Positions 36,397 through 44,405 of a DNA stretch of 61,854 nt are shown here, in pieces; the stretch's first letter is position 1, and the number at the start of each line of letters is the position of its first letter. The notes under the pieces were generated by a model. The model made no database searches and had not been told where the DNA came from. It saw only the letters and a list, made by a program, of their open reading frames with translations. Both the position numbers and the translations under genes were made by a program. The stretch is from Anaerolineae bacterium (GTDB lineage: Bacteria > Chloroflexota > Anaerolineae > B4-G1). Location: the NCBI GenBank assembly GCA_034432855.1, contig DAOUBA010000147.1, positions 1 through 61,854 of the forward strand. The letters run 5' to 3'.

Positions 36397-39300
36397 ATGG
36401 TACCCGAGCGAATCGTACGGCATGTCGTCGTGCAGACTCGTCAGCGTCGCCGCACCTATGAGCGTAGCGGGGCGCGCAAGGTGCTGCGCATCGCCGGCGT
36501 TCTACTGCTGGCAATGGTATTGGTGAACGTCAGCGTCATCGTCGGCGGGGTCAGCGGCATCATCAGCGCCTATGCCTACTTCACCCGCGACCTGCCTGAG
36601 CCGGAAGCCATCGAGGCTGCCAACGAGAATTTCGAGACGACCAAAATCTACGATCGCACCGGCCAGGTGTTGCTCTATGAAGTGATCGATCCCACCGGCG
36701 GCGACCGCACCTGGGTTACGCTGGATCAGATGCCAGAGCACCTCATCTGCGCGACCGTCGCATTGGAGGATCGTACCTTCTGGACTAACCCCGGCTTTAA
36801 CCCGCGTGGCATGGCGCGCGCTTTCTGGGGCAACCTGCGCGGCCAACGGATCCAGGGCGGTTCCTCGATCACTCAGCAGTTGATCAAGAACATCGTCATC
36901 GAACGCGGTCGGCGTTACGTGAGCGCCGAAGGTCCCCAGTGGAAGGACTATGAACGCAAGATCACCGAGGTGCTTCTGGCCTATCGGATCACGCAAAAGT
37001 ACAGCAAGACACAGATTCTGGAGTGGTATTTGAATACCAACTTCTACGGCAACCTGGCCTACGGGATCGAAGCGGCAGCGCGGGTATACTTTGGCAAGAG
37101 TGCCCACGACCTGACGTTGAGCGAAGCAGCCACACTGGCTGCTATCCCGCAGTTCCCAATGATGAATCCTTTCGATAACCCGGAGGCCGCCCGCGAGCGT
37201 CAGGCCCTGGTGCTCGACGCAATGGTACATCAGGGTTGCATTACCGCCGAGGAGGCTGGGAGAGCCAAGGTCGAGCCCTGGAACCTGGCGCGCTTTACCG
37301 AACGTTACGACATACTTGCTCCCCATTTTTCGATCTATGTGCGCAAGCAACTGGAACAGATGTTCAACCCTGAGATGGTGTACCGCGGTGGTCTGCGGGT
37401 CTATACCACGCTCGATCTCGATCTCCAGAAGCAGGCCGAGTGTGTCCTGCAGGCACAGGTGCGCCGGCTCTCCGGCGCCGGGGATGCCGCGGTAATCCAG
37501 GAAGCAGTTGCCAATGGCTGCACAGCGGCGCAATTCATGCCGGCGCTGCGCGCTAGCGTTGTGGGAGTAGACCAACATGTGAGCAATGGTGCCGTCATTG
37601 CCATCCGCCCCGCAACCGGCGAGATCCTGGCTATGGTCGGTAGCCTCGACTACTGGAACGAGAAGATTGACGGTCAGTTCAACGTGGCCGTAGACGGGCC
37701 CGGCCGCCAGCCCGGCTCCTCGTTCAAGCCGTTCACCTACCTCACGCTGCTCGCGCAGGGCCACAACGCCGCCGAGATGTTCCTCGACGTGCGTACCGCC
37801 TTCGAACAGCCCAACGGCGTTCCCTATGTGCCGGAGAACTATGACCGCAAGTACCATGGGCCGCAGCGCATGCGCCTGGCGCTGGCCCGCTCGCTCAACA
37901 TCCCCGCCGTCGCTGCGCTGCAGGAGGCCGGGGTGGATAACGTCCTGCGCACCGCCCACGCGATGGGCATCAACACACTCGACCGTGGGCTGGATTATTA
38001 TGGCCTCAGCCTGACGCTGGGCGGCGGCGAAGTACACCTGCTCGACATGGTCTATGCCTTCAGCGTCTTTGCCAACGGCGGGGTGATGAACGGCGCGCCG
38101 GTGCCGGCCGATCGGCGGCGCGAGGGCTTTCGCGAACTCGACCCGGTCGCCATCCTGCGCGTCGAGGACCGTAATGGCCGCGTGCTCTACCAGTACGATC
38201 ACCCCGAAAGCCGCGTCATCATCTCGCCGCAACTGGCCTATCTGATGAACAGCATCCTCGCCGACCGGCAGGCGCGCTGGGCGATCTTTGGCCGCCCCAA
38301 CTCGCTGGAACTGGAGAACGACCGACCCGCAGCAGCCAAGACCGGCACTACCAACAACTACAAGGACGCCTGGACGCTCGGTTACACGCCCCAACTGGCT
38401 GTCGGTGTCTGGCTGGGCAACACGGATAACAGCGACATGCTCTCTACCGCCGGGCTCATCGGCGCGGCGCCGATATGGAAGGCGATCATGGAGTATGGGT
38501 TGCAGGACGAGCCCATCGTCCCCTTCGAGCGGCCGGATGGCCTAGTCGAACGGGCCGTCTGTGCCGTTTCGGGCGACCGGCCCGGGCCGCACTGTCCCAC
38601 AGCGACCGAACTGTTCATCCCTGGCACCGAGCCGACCGAAACCTGTACCACGCATCAACTCTATCGCGTCAACCGCGAGACCGGCAAACTGTGCACCGTC
38701 TATACGCCGCCGGAACTGTGCGAGGAGCGCGTCTTTGAGGTCTACCCGCCGCAGGCCGCCGACTGGATCGCCAGCCTGCCGGAAGAGAAGCGCCCGCCCA
38801 TCCCGCCCATCGAGTACGATACCATCTACGGCCCCACGCGCGCCGACGCCGAGGTTGCTATCATTGACCCTGCTCCCTACTCCTACGTCCGCGGTGTCGT
38901 GCAGATCATCGGCAATGCCAGGGGCGGCGATTTCAACTTCTACCGCGTGCTCTTTGGTCAGGGACTCAATCCTACCTCGTGGATGCAGATCGGCCCCGAT
39001 CACGGCAACCAGGTGGACCGCAACGTCCTGGAATTCTGGGACACGACGGGGCTGGATGGCCTCTACAGCCTGCGCCTGAGCGTGGTAGATCACTCGATGG
39101 CATTGCGCGAGGCGACCATCCAGGTGACCGTGGACAACATCTCTCCCACACTCAACCTGACCTATCCGGAAGATGGCGCGGAATACCAACTGGGCTACGA
39201 CGAGTGGGCCAACGTCAACGCCGAGGTGCGGGATTATTCCATCGCGCGGGTGGAATACTACGTCTATCCAGGCAGAAAGGATACCGAGCCGCCACCGGAC

Positions 39301-39480
39301 TTGCAGCCGTTCAAAGTGCGCACTGTCCCACCCTTTAACGTCAATTGGACGATTTCGCGTGACCTGGCGCTGGGGCAATACACCTTCTACATCATCGCCG
39401 TGGACGCGGCAGGCAACATCAGCGTCAGCGACCGGGTGACGATCAGACTCGTGCCGCGCCGGCCGACGCCCACGCCGTAA
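36397..39480 (+). CDS. bifunctional class A penicillin-binding protein (transglycosylase/transpeptidase) with long C-terminal extension
   Basis: GT51 motifs (EDRTFWTNPGFNPRG, GGSSITQQLIKN), transpeptidase SSFKP, KTGTTN, N-terminal TM anchor. Confidence 0.9.
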   Translation: MVPERIVRHVVVQTRQRRRTYERSGARKVLRIAGVLLLAMVLVNVSVIVGGVSGIISAYAYFTRDLPEPEAIEAANENFETTKIYDRTGQVLLYEVIDPTGGDRTWVTLDQMPEHLICATVALEDRTFWTNPGFNPRGMARAFWGNLRGQRIQGGSSITQQLIKNIVIERGRRYVSAEGPQWKDYERKITEVLLAYRITQKYSKTQILEWYLNTNFYGNLAYGIEAAARVYFGKSAHDLTLSEAATLAAIPQFPMMNPFDNPEAARERQALVLDAMVHQGCITAEEAGRAKVEPWNLARFTERYDILAPHFSIYVRKQLEQMFNPEMVYRGGLRVYTTLDLDLQKQAECVLQAQVRRLSGAGDAAVIQEAVANGCTAAQFMPALRASVVGVDQHVSNGAVIAIRPATGEILAMVGSLDYWNEKIDGQFNVAVDGPGRQPGSSFKPFTYLTLLAQGHNAAEMFLDVRTAFEQPNGVPYVPENYDRKYHGPQRMRLALARSLNIPAVAALQEAGVDNVLRTAHAMGINTLDRGLDYYGLSLTLGGGEVHLLDMVYAFSVFANGGVMNGAPVPADRRREGFRELDPVAILRVEDRNGRVLYQYDHPESRVIISPQLAYLMNSILADRQARWAIFGRPNSLELENDRPAAAKTGTTNNYKDAWTLGYTPQLAVGVWLGNTDNSDMLSTAGLIGAAPIWKAIMEYGLQDEPIVPFERPDGLVERAVCAVSGDRPGPHCPTATELFIPGTEPTETCTTHQLYRVNRETGKLCTVYTPPELCEERVFEVYPPQAADWIASLPEEKRPPIPPIEYDTIYGPTRADAEVAIIDPAPYSYVRGVVQIIGNARGGDFNFYRVLFGQGLNPTSWMQIGPDHGNQVDRNVLEFWDTTGLDGLYSLRLSVVDHSMALREATIQVTVDNISPTLNLTYPEDGAEYQLGYDEWANVNAEVRDYSIARVEYYVYPGRKDTEPPPDLQPFKVRTVPPFNVNWTISRDLALGQYTFYIIAVDAAGNISVSDRVTIRLVPRRPTPTP

Positions 39481-39564
39481 TCATAAGAACCATCCGACCC
39501 TGCACAGGAATCTTGCTGTACGCGAGGCCATCACCAATGACCCTGACCGGTGAATACCCACTTG

Positions 39565-39593
39565 TTGACAGGATGGATGTTTCGAGGTATAAG
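39565..39593 (+). promoter_or_regulatory. sigma70-type promoter candidate
   Basis: TTGACA-17 nt-TATAAG, then a ccttgcgg...ccgcaagg hairpin and an AGGAGG RBS. Confidence 0.4.
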
Positions 39594-39634
39594 TGACCTT
39601 GCGGTACGATATGGTGCCCGCAAGGAGGCGAGAG

Positions 39635-39868
39635 ATGGCAGTGGGGCCGCAGCAGACAAGCAGATCATTATGCAAGCCCTTCCGGCCCTGTTGCAGCAGG
39701 ATCGGGAGATACAAGAGTTCATCCTGCGGCTTTCAGGGAGAGGTATTTGGCCGCCCTGACCAGGTGGAATTGGACGTGCTCATCAAGGACGGTATGCTGA
39801 TCCTGTGCGAGATCAGATCCCCGATTTGGGGATTGAGGTTTACTCCTACGCAGAGGAGGTGCCGTTGA
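39635..39868 (+). pseudogene. frameshifted/truncated PD-(D/E)XK-like small gene remnant
   Basis: One frame gives MQALPALLQQDREIQEFILRLSGR. The next frame gives RPDQVELDVLIKDGMLILCEIRS (a D...E.K nuclease-like core) and then stops early. Confidence 0.35.
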
Positions 39869-39976
39869 CAGGAGATATTGAGGAGAGAGCATCTGCCTGA
39901 GCGGTTTAGCGAGGGTCAAGCGTTATGGAGGCGCAGTTGAAAACTGCGCCTTTTTGTTTCTGCGGCAGCGTGGAGA

Positions 39977-40702
39977 CTACGAGCAGGTACAGATCCCTTC
40001 ACCCGCGAACTCGCGCGCGCCGGTGTCCACGTAGCCGGTCGTCTCCGCCAAAGCAATGCTGGCTGCATTCCCCTCGTCGGCCACGTAGAGCGGCTGACGG
40101 GCCGAGCGCACGACCCATAGCGTGCAGGCCGTCAGCACCGCCCGTCCCCAGCCGCGTCGCTGGGCCTCCGGCACGGTGCGCACGAATACCTCGGCGAAAT
40201 GAGACGAGGCCCAATTGAGCCCCGCCTCGGCAGCGAGTTCCCCCTGCGAGCGGATGACGAAACGCGGCAGGTCCCCCAACCCCGGCTCGGCCACGACCAG
40301 CACGTTGATGCTGATCTGGAAGCGGGAAAGGTCGAGACGGTAGATGCGGTTGACCTCCGGCTGCTCGATGGATACGACCTCGGTGACGGCTTGGCGCAGG
40401 TCCGGCGTGGTGACCAGGTAGTAGGGGCGGCCTGGGGCGAGCGCCTGGCGCAGCAGTTCGACGGCCACGTGATCGTCTGCCGCACGTAGCACGACCGTCG
40501 GCGCGAACAGCCGTTGCCCGGTATGGCAGACGGCGACAAAGCCGTCGGCGTAGCCAGTGGCATCCTGGTGGACGTACAGGGCGGTGCGCTGGGGATCGTG
40601 GTAGAGTGCATAATAGACGGCCAGCGCGTCGGCCGGCTCGGTCAGGCGCAGCAGCGGGCGCACCTGCAGGCGCAGGCTCTCCAGGTCTTGTTCAATCGCC
40701 AT
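39977..40702 (-). CDS. GNAT-family N-acetyltransferase
   Basis: C-terminal acetyl-CoA motif RRGWGRAVLTACTLWV, NAASIALAETTGY. ATG at 40702. Confidence 0.7.
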   Translation of the reverse strand: MAIEQDLESLRLQVRPLLRLTEPADALAVYYALYHDPQRTALYVHQDATGYADGFVAVCHTGQRLFAPTVVLRAADDHVAVELLRQALAPGRPYYLVTTPDLRQAVTEVVSIEQPEVNRIYRLDLSRFQISINVLVVAEPGLGDLPRFVIRSQGELAAEAGLNWASSHFAEVFVRTVPEAQRRGWGRAVLTACTLWVVRSARQPLYVADEGNAASIALAETTGYVDTGAREFAGEGICTCS

Positions 40703-42692
40703 CGTTCTCTTTCGTCCCTTCCGCGTTATTCGTCCCTTTCGCGTTATGACCGGCCCAGTCCTTGAAGATGGGAAACAGCAAGATACGCCAGGGGACAATG
40801 GCCTCTACCGGCGTACCCATTGTAGGGCTGGATAATTCGGCGGCGCGCACCCCGTATGCCGCGTTGACCACACATGTGCCCGGCAATGAATGTTCCACCG
40901 TGACCTCCAGCGTCGCTGTCATCGTCGCCTGGCTCGCCAAACTCGCCGCCGTCCAGGTGATCACCCCATCCGCGTAGGTATAGTCGCCGCTGGCCCAGGC
41001 GAAGGTCGTGCTCAGGGGAATCGTGTCGGTCAGGACGATCTGGGTGAGGGTGAAGGCAGTCGTGTTCGTGACCCGGATCGTATAGACGAGCCGTCGCGCC
41101 GGCAGGCCCCGCGGGAAGGTCGCCTGCTTGGTGATCGCCGGCCCCGGGTTGGCTGCCCTCACCGCTGCCAGCGCGTCCACCATGCCCCAGCCGTAGGTGT
41201 TGTTGGGTTGCCCGCTTGGTGCGCCGCCGCAACTGGTATCCACACGCGGTCGGGCTGTCGTTGCAATGATCTGCTCGGTCGTGTCCACATCGCCAATGAG
41301 CGCGGGCTGCGCCGACCAAAGGAGCGCGATCGTTCCGGCGACGTGCGGCCCGGCCATTGAGGTGCCGTTCATAGAGCCGTATCTACCATCGGGGAGGCTG
41401 GAGCGCACTCCCACCCCGGGCGCGCTCACGTCCGGCTTGAGCCGCCTGGAACCATCTACCATCACCGGCCCGCGGCTGCTGAAAGAGGCGATATTGTCGT
41501 TGCTATTGGTCGCGCCTACGGAGAAGGCCGCATCGTAGAGCGCGATCGGTTCGGCCACCGTGCTGCAGGCGGGGCCGTCGTTGCCCGCCGAGGCGACGAT
41601 GGCGATTCCCGCCGCACGTACGTTCTCGACGATCATCTGCAACGTGTTCCAGTCGCACCCCTCCTCGATGGGGCAGGTCCACGAGTTGTTGATCACGTGC
41701 GGGGCCAGGTCGGGCACGCCGTCGGTGAACGGATCGCCGCCGATCGGATAGGGGGCCAGAAAGAACTCGAAGCACTCGGCGTAGGAGGCGGGCGTGCCCC
41801 AGCCCTGCTCCATGTTACGGCAGCCGATCCAGCGCGCGCCAGGGGCCACGCCGATCTGATTGCCCGCGCCGTCGCCGCCGACGATGGTGCCCATCGTGTG
41901 CGTGCCATGGCCGTGGTCGTCGCAGGGGACGGGGGAATCGAAGCCACAGGGATTCCCCGCCGGGGTGTGGGGATCATCTTCGTGGATCGCGTCGTGCCAG
42001 TTATAGTCGTGGGTGGGGTGACCCGGCGGGTCGCCCGTACTGATGCCGTTATAGCCCCGGTACTGGCGCACGAGCGCGGGATGAGTCCAGTCGTAGCCAG
42101 TATCCTGTCCGGCGACGACGATGCCCTGACCGGTGTATCCCAGCGCCCACACGTCGTCGGCGTTGATGCGCGCCACGTTCCATTCGATGCCTTGGGGAGT
42201 GAGCAGTCCCGCGCCGGCAGAGAATGGGCGATCCGCCGGATCGCCCGTACTCTTCGGCAACGCTTGGCGGACATGCGGGTTGGCGACGATGCGGGCCACG
42301 TCGGGCCGCGCTGCCAGGCGCAGGGCGAGTGCGCGGTCCCCTTTCACCGCCAGCATATTGACGATGTAGAATGGGCGGTACTTCACGCCGCGCTCGTCTA
42401 GTTCGGCGCGCAGGCCCGCCCGGGTACGTAGCGCCGTCTCGCGCAGGGCATCGTAGACGGCGTGCAGGCGTGCCGCGCGGTCCGGTAGGATCGCTGCTCC
42501 ACTCAGGTCAGCCTGCTCGGCGAGCACCACCAGGAACTCGGTGTTGCCTGTCATCGTGGTTTCCCACACCTGCGGCGCGACGTTGGCGGGGCATGCGGCA
42601 GAGTCGGCGTGGGTGGCAGCGAGCAAGATCGCGAATAAGAGGCCAGCCAGGCCCGATGCCAGCGCGACGCGCAAGATACAGTGATCGTTCAT
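40692..42692 (-). CDS. secreted subtilisin-like (S8) serine protease with propeptide and C-terminal domain
   Basis: Signal peptide and the Asp/His/Ser triad motifs VAGQDTGYD, HGHGTHTMGTIVG, NGTSMAGPHVAG. Confidence 0.85.
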   Translation of the reverse strand: MNDHCILRVALASGLAGLLFAILLAATHADSAACPANVAPQVWETTMTGNTEFLVVLAEQADLSGAAILPDRAARLHAVYDALRETALRTRAGLRAELDERGVKYRPFYIVNMLAVKGDRALALRLAARPDVARIVANPHVRQALPKSTGDPADRPFSAGAGLLTPQGIEWNVARINADDVWALGYTGQGIVVAGQDTGYDWTHPALVRQYRGYNGISTGDPPGHPTHDYNWHDAIHEDDPHTPAGNPCGFDSPVPCDDHGHGTHTMGTIVGGDGAGNQIGVAPGARWIGCRNMEQGWGTPASYAECFEFFLAPYPIGGDPFTDGVPDLAPHVINNSWTCPIEEGCDWNTLQMIVENVRAAGIAIVASAGNDGPACSTVAEPIALYDAAFSVGATNSNDNIASFSSRGPVMVDGSRRLKPDVSAPGVGVRSSLPDGRYGSMNGTSMAGPHVAGTIALLWSAQPALIGDVDTTEQIIATTARPRVDTSCGGAPSGQPNNTYGWGMVDALAAVRAANPGPAITKQATFPRGLPARRLVYTIRVTNTTAFTLTQIVLTDTIPLSTTFAWASGDYTYADGVITWTAASLASQATMTATLEVTVEHSLPGTCVVNAAYGVRAAELSSPTMGTPVEAIVPWRILLFPIFKDWAGHNAKGTNNAEGTKENDGD
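40711..40746. repeat. 18-nt tandem direct repeat (2 units, 17/18 identical)
   Basis: ttcgtcccttccgcgtta ttcgtccctttcgcgtta. Encodes NAKGTN/NAEGTK at the protease C-terminus, just upstream of the GNAT start. Confidence 0.7.
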
Positions 42693-42739
42693 CGTGGAGG
42701 ATTATAGCAGATTTCAGGCCCGGAATCCAGTTCCGGGTC

Positions 42740-42767
42740 TTGACAAAAGTCCCTTCGCGGATATAAT
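42740..42767 (+). promoter_or_regulatory. consensus sigma70-type promoter of trxA
   Basis: TTGACA-16 nt-TATAAT. AAGGAGG RBS before ATG 42800. Confidence 0.55.
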
Positions 42768-42799
42768 CCAGGCCGTCATCACCCAAGGAGGCAAGACGA

Positions 42800-43126
42800 A
42801 TGGCGAACGTGCTCGAAGTGACCGACGAGACATTCGAGAGCAAGGTGCTCAAGGCCGCGCAACCGACGCTGGTGGATTTCTGGGCCGCATGGTGTGGGCC
42901 GTGCCGTATGGTCGCGCCGGTGGTCGAGGAGGTCGCCAGGGAGTACGGCGACCGGATGCAGGTGCTCAAGATGGACGTGGATGCCAATCCCAATACCCCG
43001 CAGAGTTTTGGCATCATGGGCATACCCACGCTGATCCTGTTCAAGAATGGAGCAGAGGCCACCCGCGTCGTTGGCTATCGTCCGAAAGAGGCATTGGTGG
43101 AAGAGTTGCTCCCCCACCTCGAATGA
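42800..43126 (+). CDS. trxA: thioredoxin
   Basis: 108 aa; WCGPC active site (DFWAAWCGPCRMVAP). Confidence 0.95.
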   Translation: MANVLEVTDETFESKVLKAAQPTLVDFWAAWCGPCRMVAPVVEEVAREYGDRMQVLKMDVDANPNTPQSFGIMGIPTLILFKNGAEATRVVGYRPKEALVEELLPHLE

Positions 43127-43127
43127 C

Positions 43128-43156
43128 TTGACGCCGCAGCCTCTGTGTGATATACT
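43128..43156 (+). promoter_or_regulatory. sigma70-type promoter of the T-box leader
   Basis: TTGACG-17 nt-TATACT. Confidence 0.55.
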
Positions 43157-43183
43157 GTAAACACAATCTGGAATTGAAAGACC

Positions 43184-43588
43184 GCGATTGGGAAGAGTAG
43201 GCCCCGAAGCGAGGTTCAGAGAGTCGGGCCGCAGGCTGAGTCAATCGTAGCCGCGGGTGTAAGCCCGATACCGGCGCCGGTGCCAAATGGGCCCAGGAGT
43301 CGCCCGCCGAAAGAACAACGGATCACAGGACAGCAGCGGATTGTTCGAGTAGTCCGGGCCGGAGCCGCCACCGTTATCCAGGCGGAGGGTATCATCCTGA
43401 ACCTGTCGAGGGATCGTACCCACAACGAGTGAGGCTGGCACTTCACACTCCACGCGCCGTCATCGGCGCGTTTTTCGTTCCGCTGAAGGACCGCCTAACC
43501 GGGGTGGCACCACGGGCATCGTCACGACGCTCGTCCCCGATAGGGCGAATGGACCATTCGCCCTGTTGGGACGGGCGTCTTTTGTTTC
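43184..43588 (+). promoter_or_regulatory. T-box riboswitch leader (Trp specifier inferred)
   Basis: S-turn AGAGTA 43194-43199; AG bulge AGAGAG 43218-43223; distal-loop GGTGTAA 43256-43262; specifier context AAA-TGG-G 43285-43291; F-box CCGTTA 43371-43376; T-box GGGGTGGCACCACGGG 43501-43516; terminator with T-tract. Confidence 0.75.
43526..43588 (+). terminator. intrinsic terminator of the T-box leader
   Basis: gacgctcgtccc (43526-43537) pairs with gggacgggcgtc (43568-43579), with an inner agggcgaat/attcgccct helix and then TTTTGTTT. Confidence 0.7.
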
Positions 43589-43604
43589 ACGGTGGAGGTG
43601 TGCG

Positions 43605-44321
43605 ATGCACCTGCTCAAGGTGAGAATCCTGAGCGAGAACTATCCCAACTCTCGCTACTATCCGTTCAACATCCCGGTACTCCGCGCGACGCCGGAACTG
43701 GTCTTCAGGAGGCCCATCGCCTTCTTTGTGGGCGAGAATGGTTCCGGCAAGTCCACGCTGTTGGAGGCAATCTCGCGCAGGTGTGGCGTCTATGTTTGGG
43801 ACAGACCCCGACGGCACCTGGCTCACAACAACCCTTACGAGGACCGGCTGGCGGACTATATCCGCGTGACGTGGGCCAACGGCCGTGCGCCGGGCTCGAT
43901 CTTCCGCGCCGAGACGTTCCGCGACCTGGCCGATTTTCTCGACGACGTGGCGCTGTGCGATCCGGGCCGGCTCAAGTATCACGGCGGGCGTGTGCTCAAT
44001 ACGCTCTCGCACGGCGAGGGCATCTTGAGTTATTTCAGCACCCGTTATCGTCTCAAGGGTATCTATTTCCTCGACGAGCCCGAATCTGCGCTTTCGCCCG
44101 CCAGCCAGATCGAGTTCCTGAAGATCCTGCAGCAGGCCGAAGCGGCCGGCCACGCCCAGTTCATCATCGCCACTCACTCGCCGATCCTTCTGGCCTATCC
44201 CGGCGCGCAGATTCTCAGTTTCGACGGCGATCGCATCGAGGAGGTCTCGTACGAAGAGACCGCGCACTACAAGATTTACCGGCAATTCCTGACCGACCGG
44301 AGCGCATTTTTTGAGACTTGA
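43605..44321 (+). CDS. stand-alone ABC/SMC-like P-loop ATPase (COG3910-like), function unknown
   Basis: Walker A GENGSGKSTLLEAI, signature-like LSHGEG, Walker B IYFLDEPESALSP, H-loop ATHSP. ATG 43605 follows a GGTGGAGG RBS. Confidence 0.8.
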   Translation: MHLLKVRILSENYPNSRYYPFNIPVLRATPELVFRRPIAFFVGENGSGKSTLLEAISRRCGVYVWDRPRRHLAHNNPYEDRLADYIRVTWANGRAPGSIFRAETFRDLADFLDDVALCDPGRLKYHGGRVLNTLSHGEGILSYFSTRYRLKGIYFLDEPESALSPASQIEFLKILQQAEAAGHAQFIIATHSPILLAYPGAQILSFDGDRIEEVSYEETAHYKIYRQFLTDRSAFFET

Positions 44322-44405
44322 GGCTGCAAGGAGGTATGGTATCGAGGAAGACAGAAGAATATCCCATCCATCATTTGAGAATCTAATTCACAGGAGGAAC
44401 TGGAA

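Noticed and set aside
43282-43314. Alternative specifier codons: GCC (43282-43284), CAA (43284-43286) and AGA in GAA-AGA-A (43309-43315).
   Set aside because: Only UGG at 43288-43290 lets both helices flanking the specifier loop form (GGCCCC/GGUGCC above, UGGG/CCCA below) with AGUA opposite AAA. It also agrees with the UGGC bulge (discriminator G) and the downstream trpB2. The assignment is still an inference without a covariance model.
43230-43420. TPP- or cobalamin-riboswitch-like words (gctgag, gaacctg) in the trxA-ATPase spacer.
   Set aside because: These are isolated short matches. The ordered set of T-box elements explains the region better.
43453-43475. The hairpin cgcgccg-tcat-cggcgcg followed by TTTTT might be an independent terminator, splitting the region into an sRNA plus a separate T-box.
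   Set aside because: Its position, just upstream of the T-box sequence and after the F-box, fits Stem III of a single canonical T-box leader. No second T-box or second specifier domain precedes it. It remains possible that it causes some premature termination.
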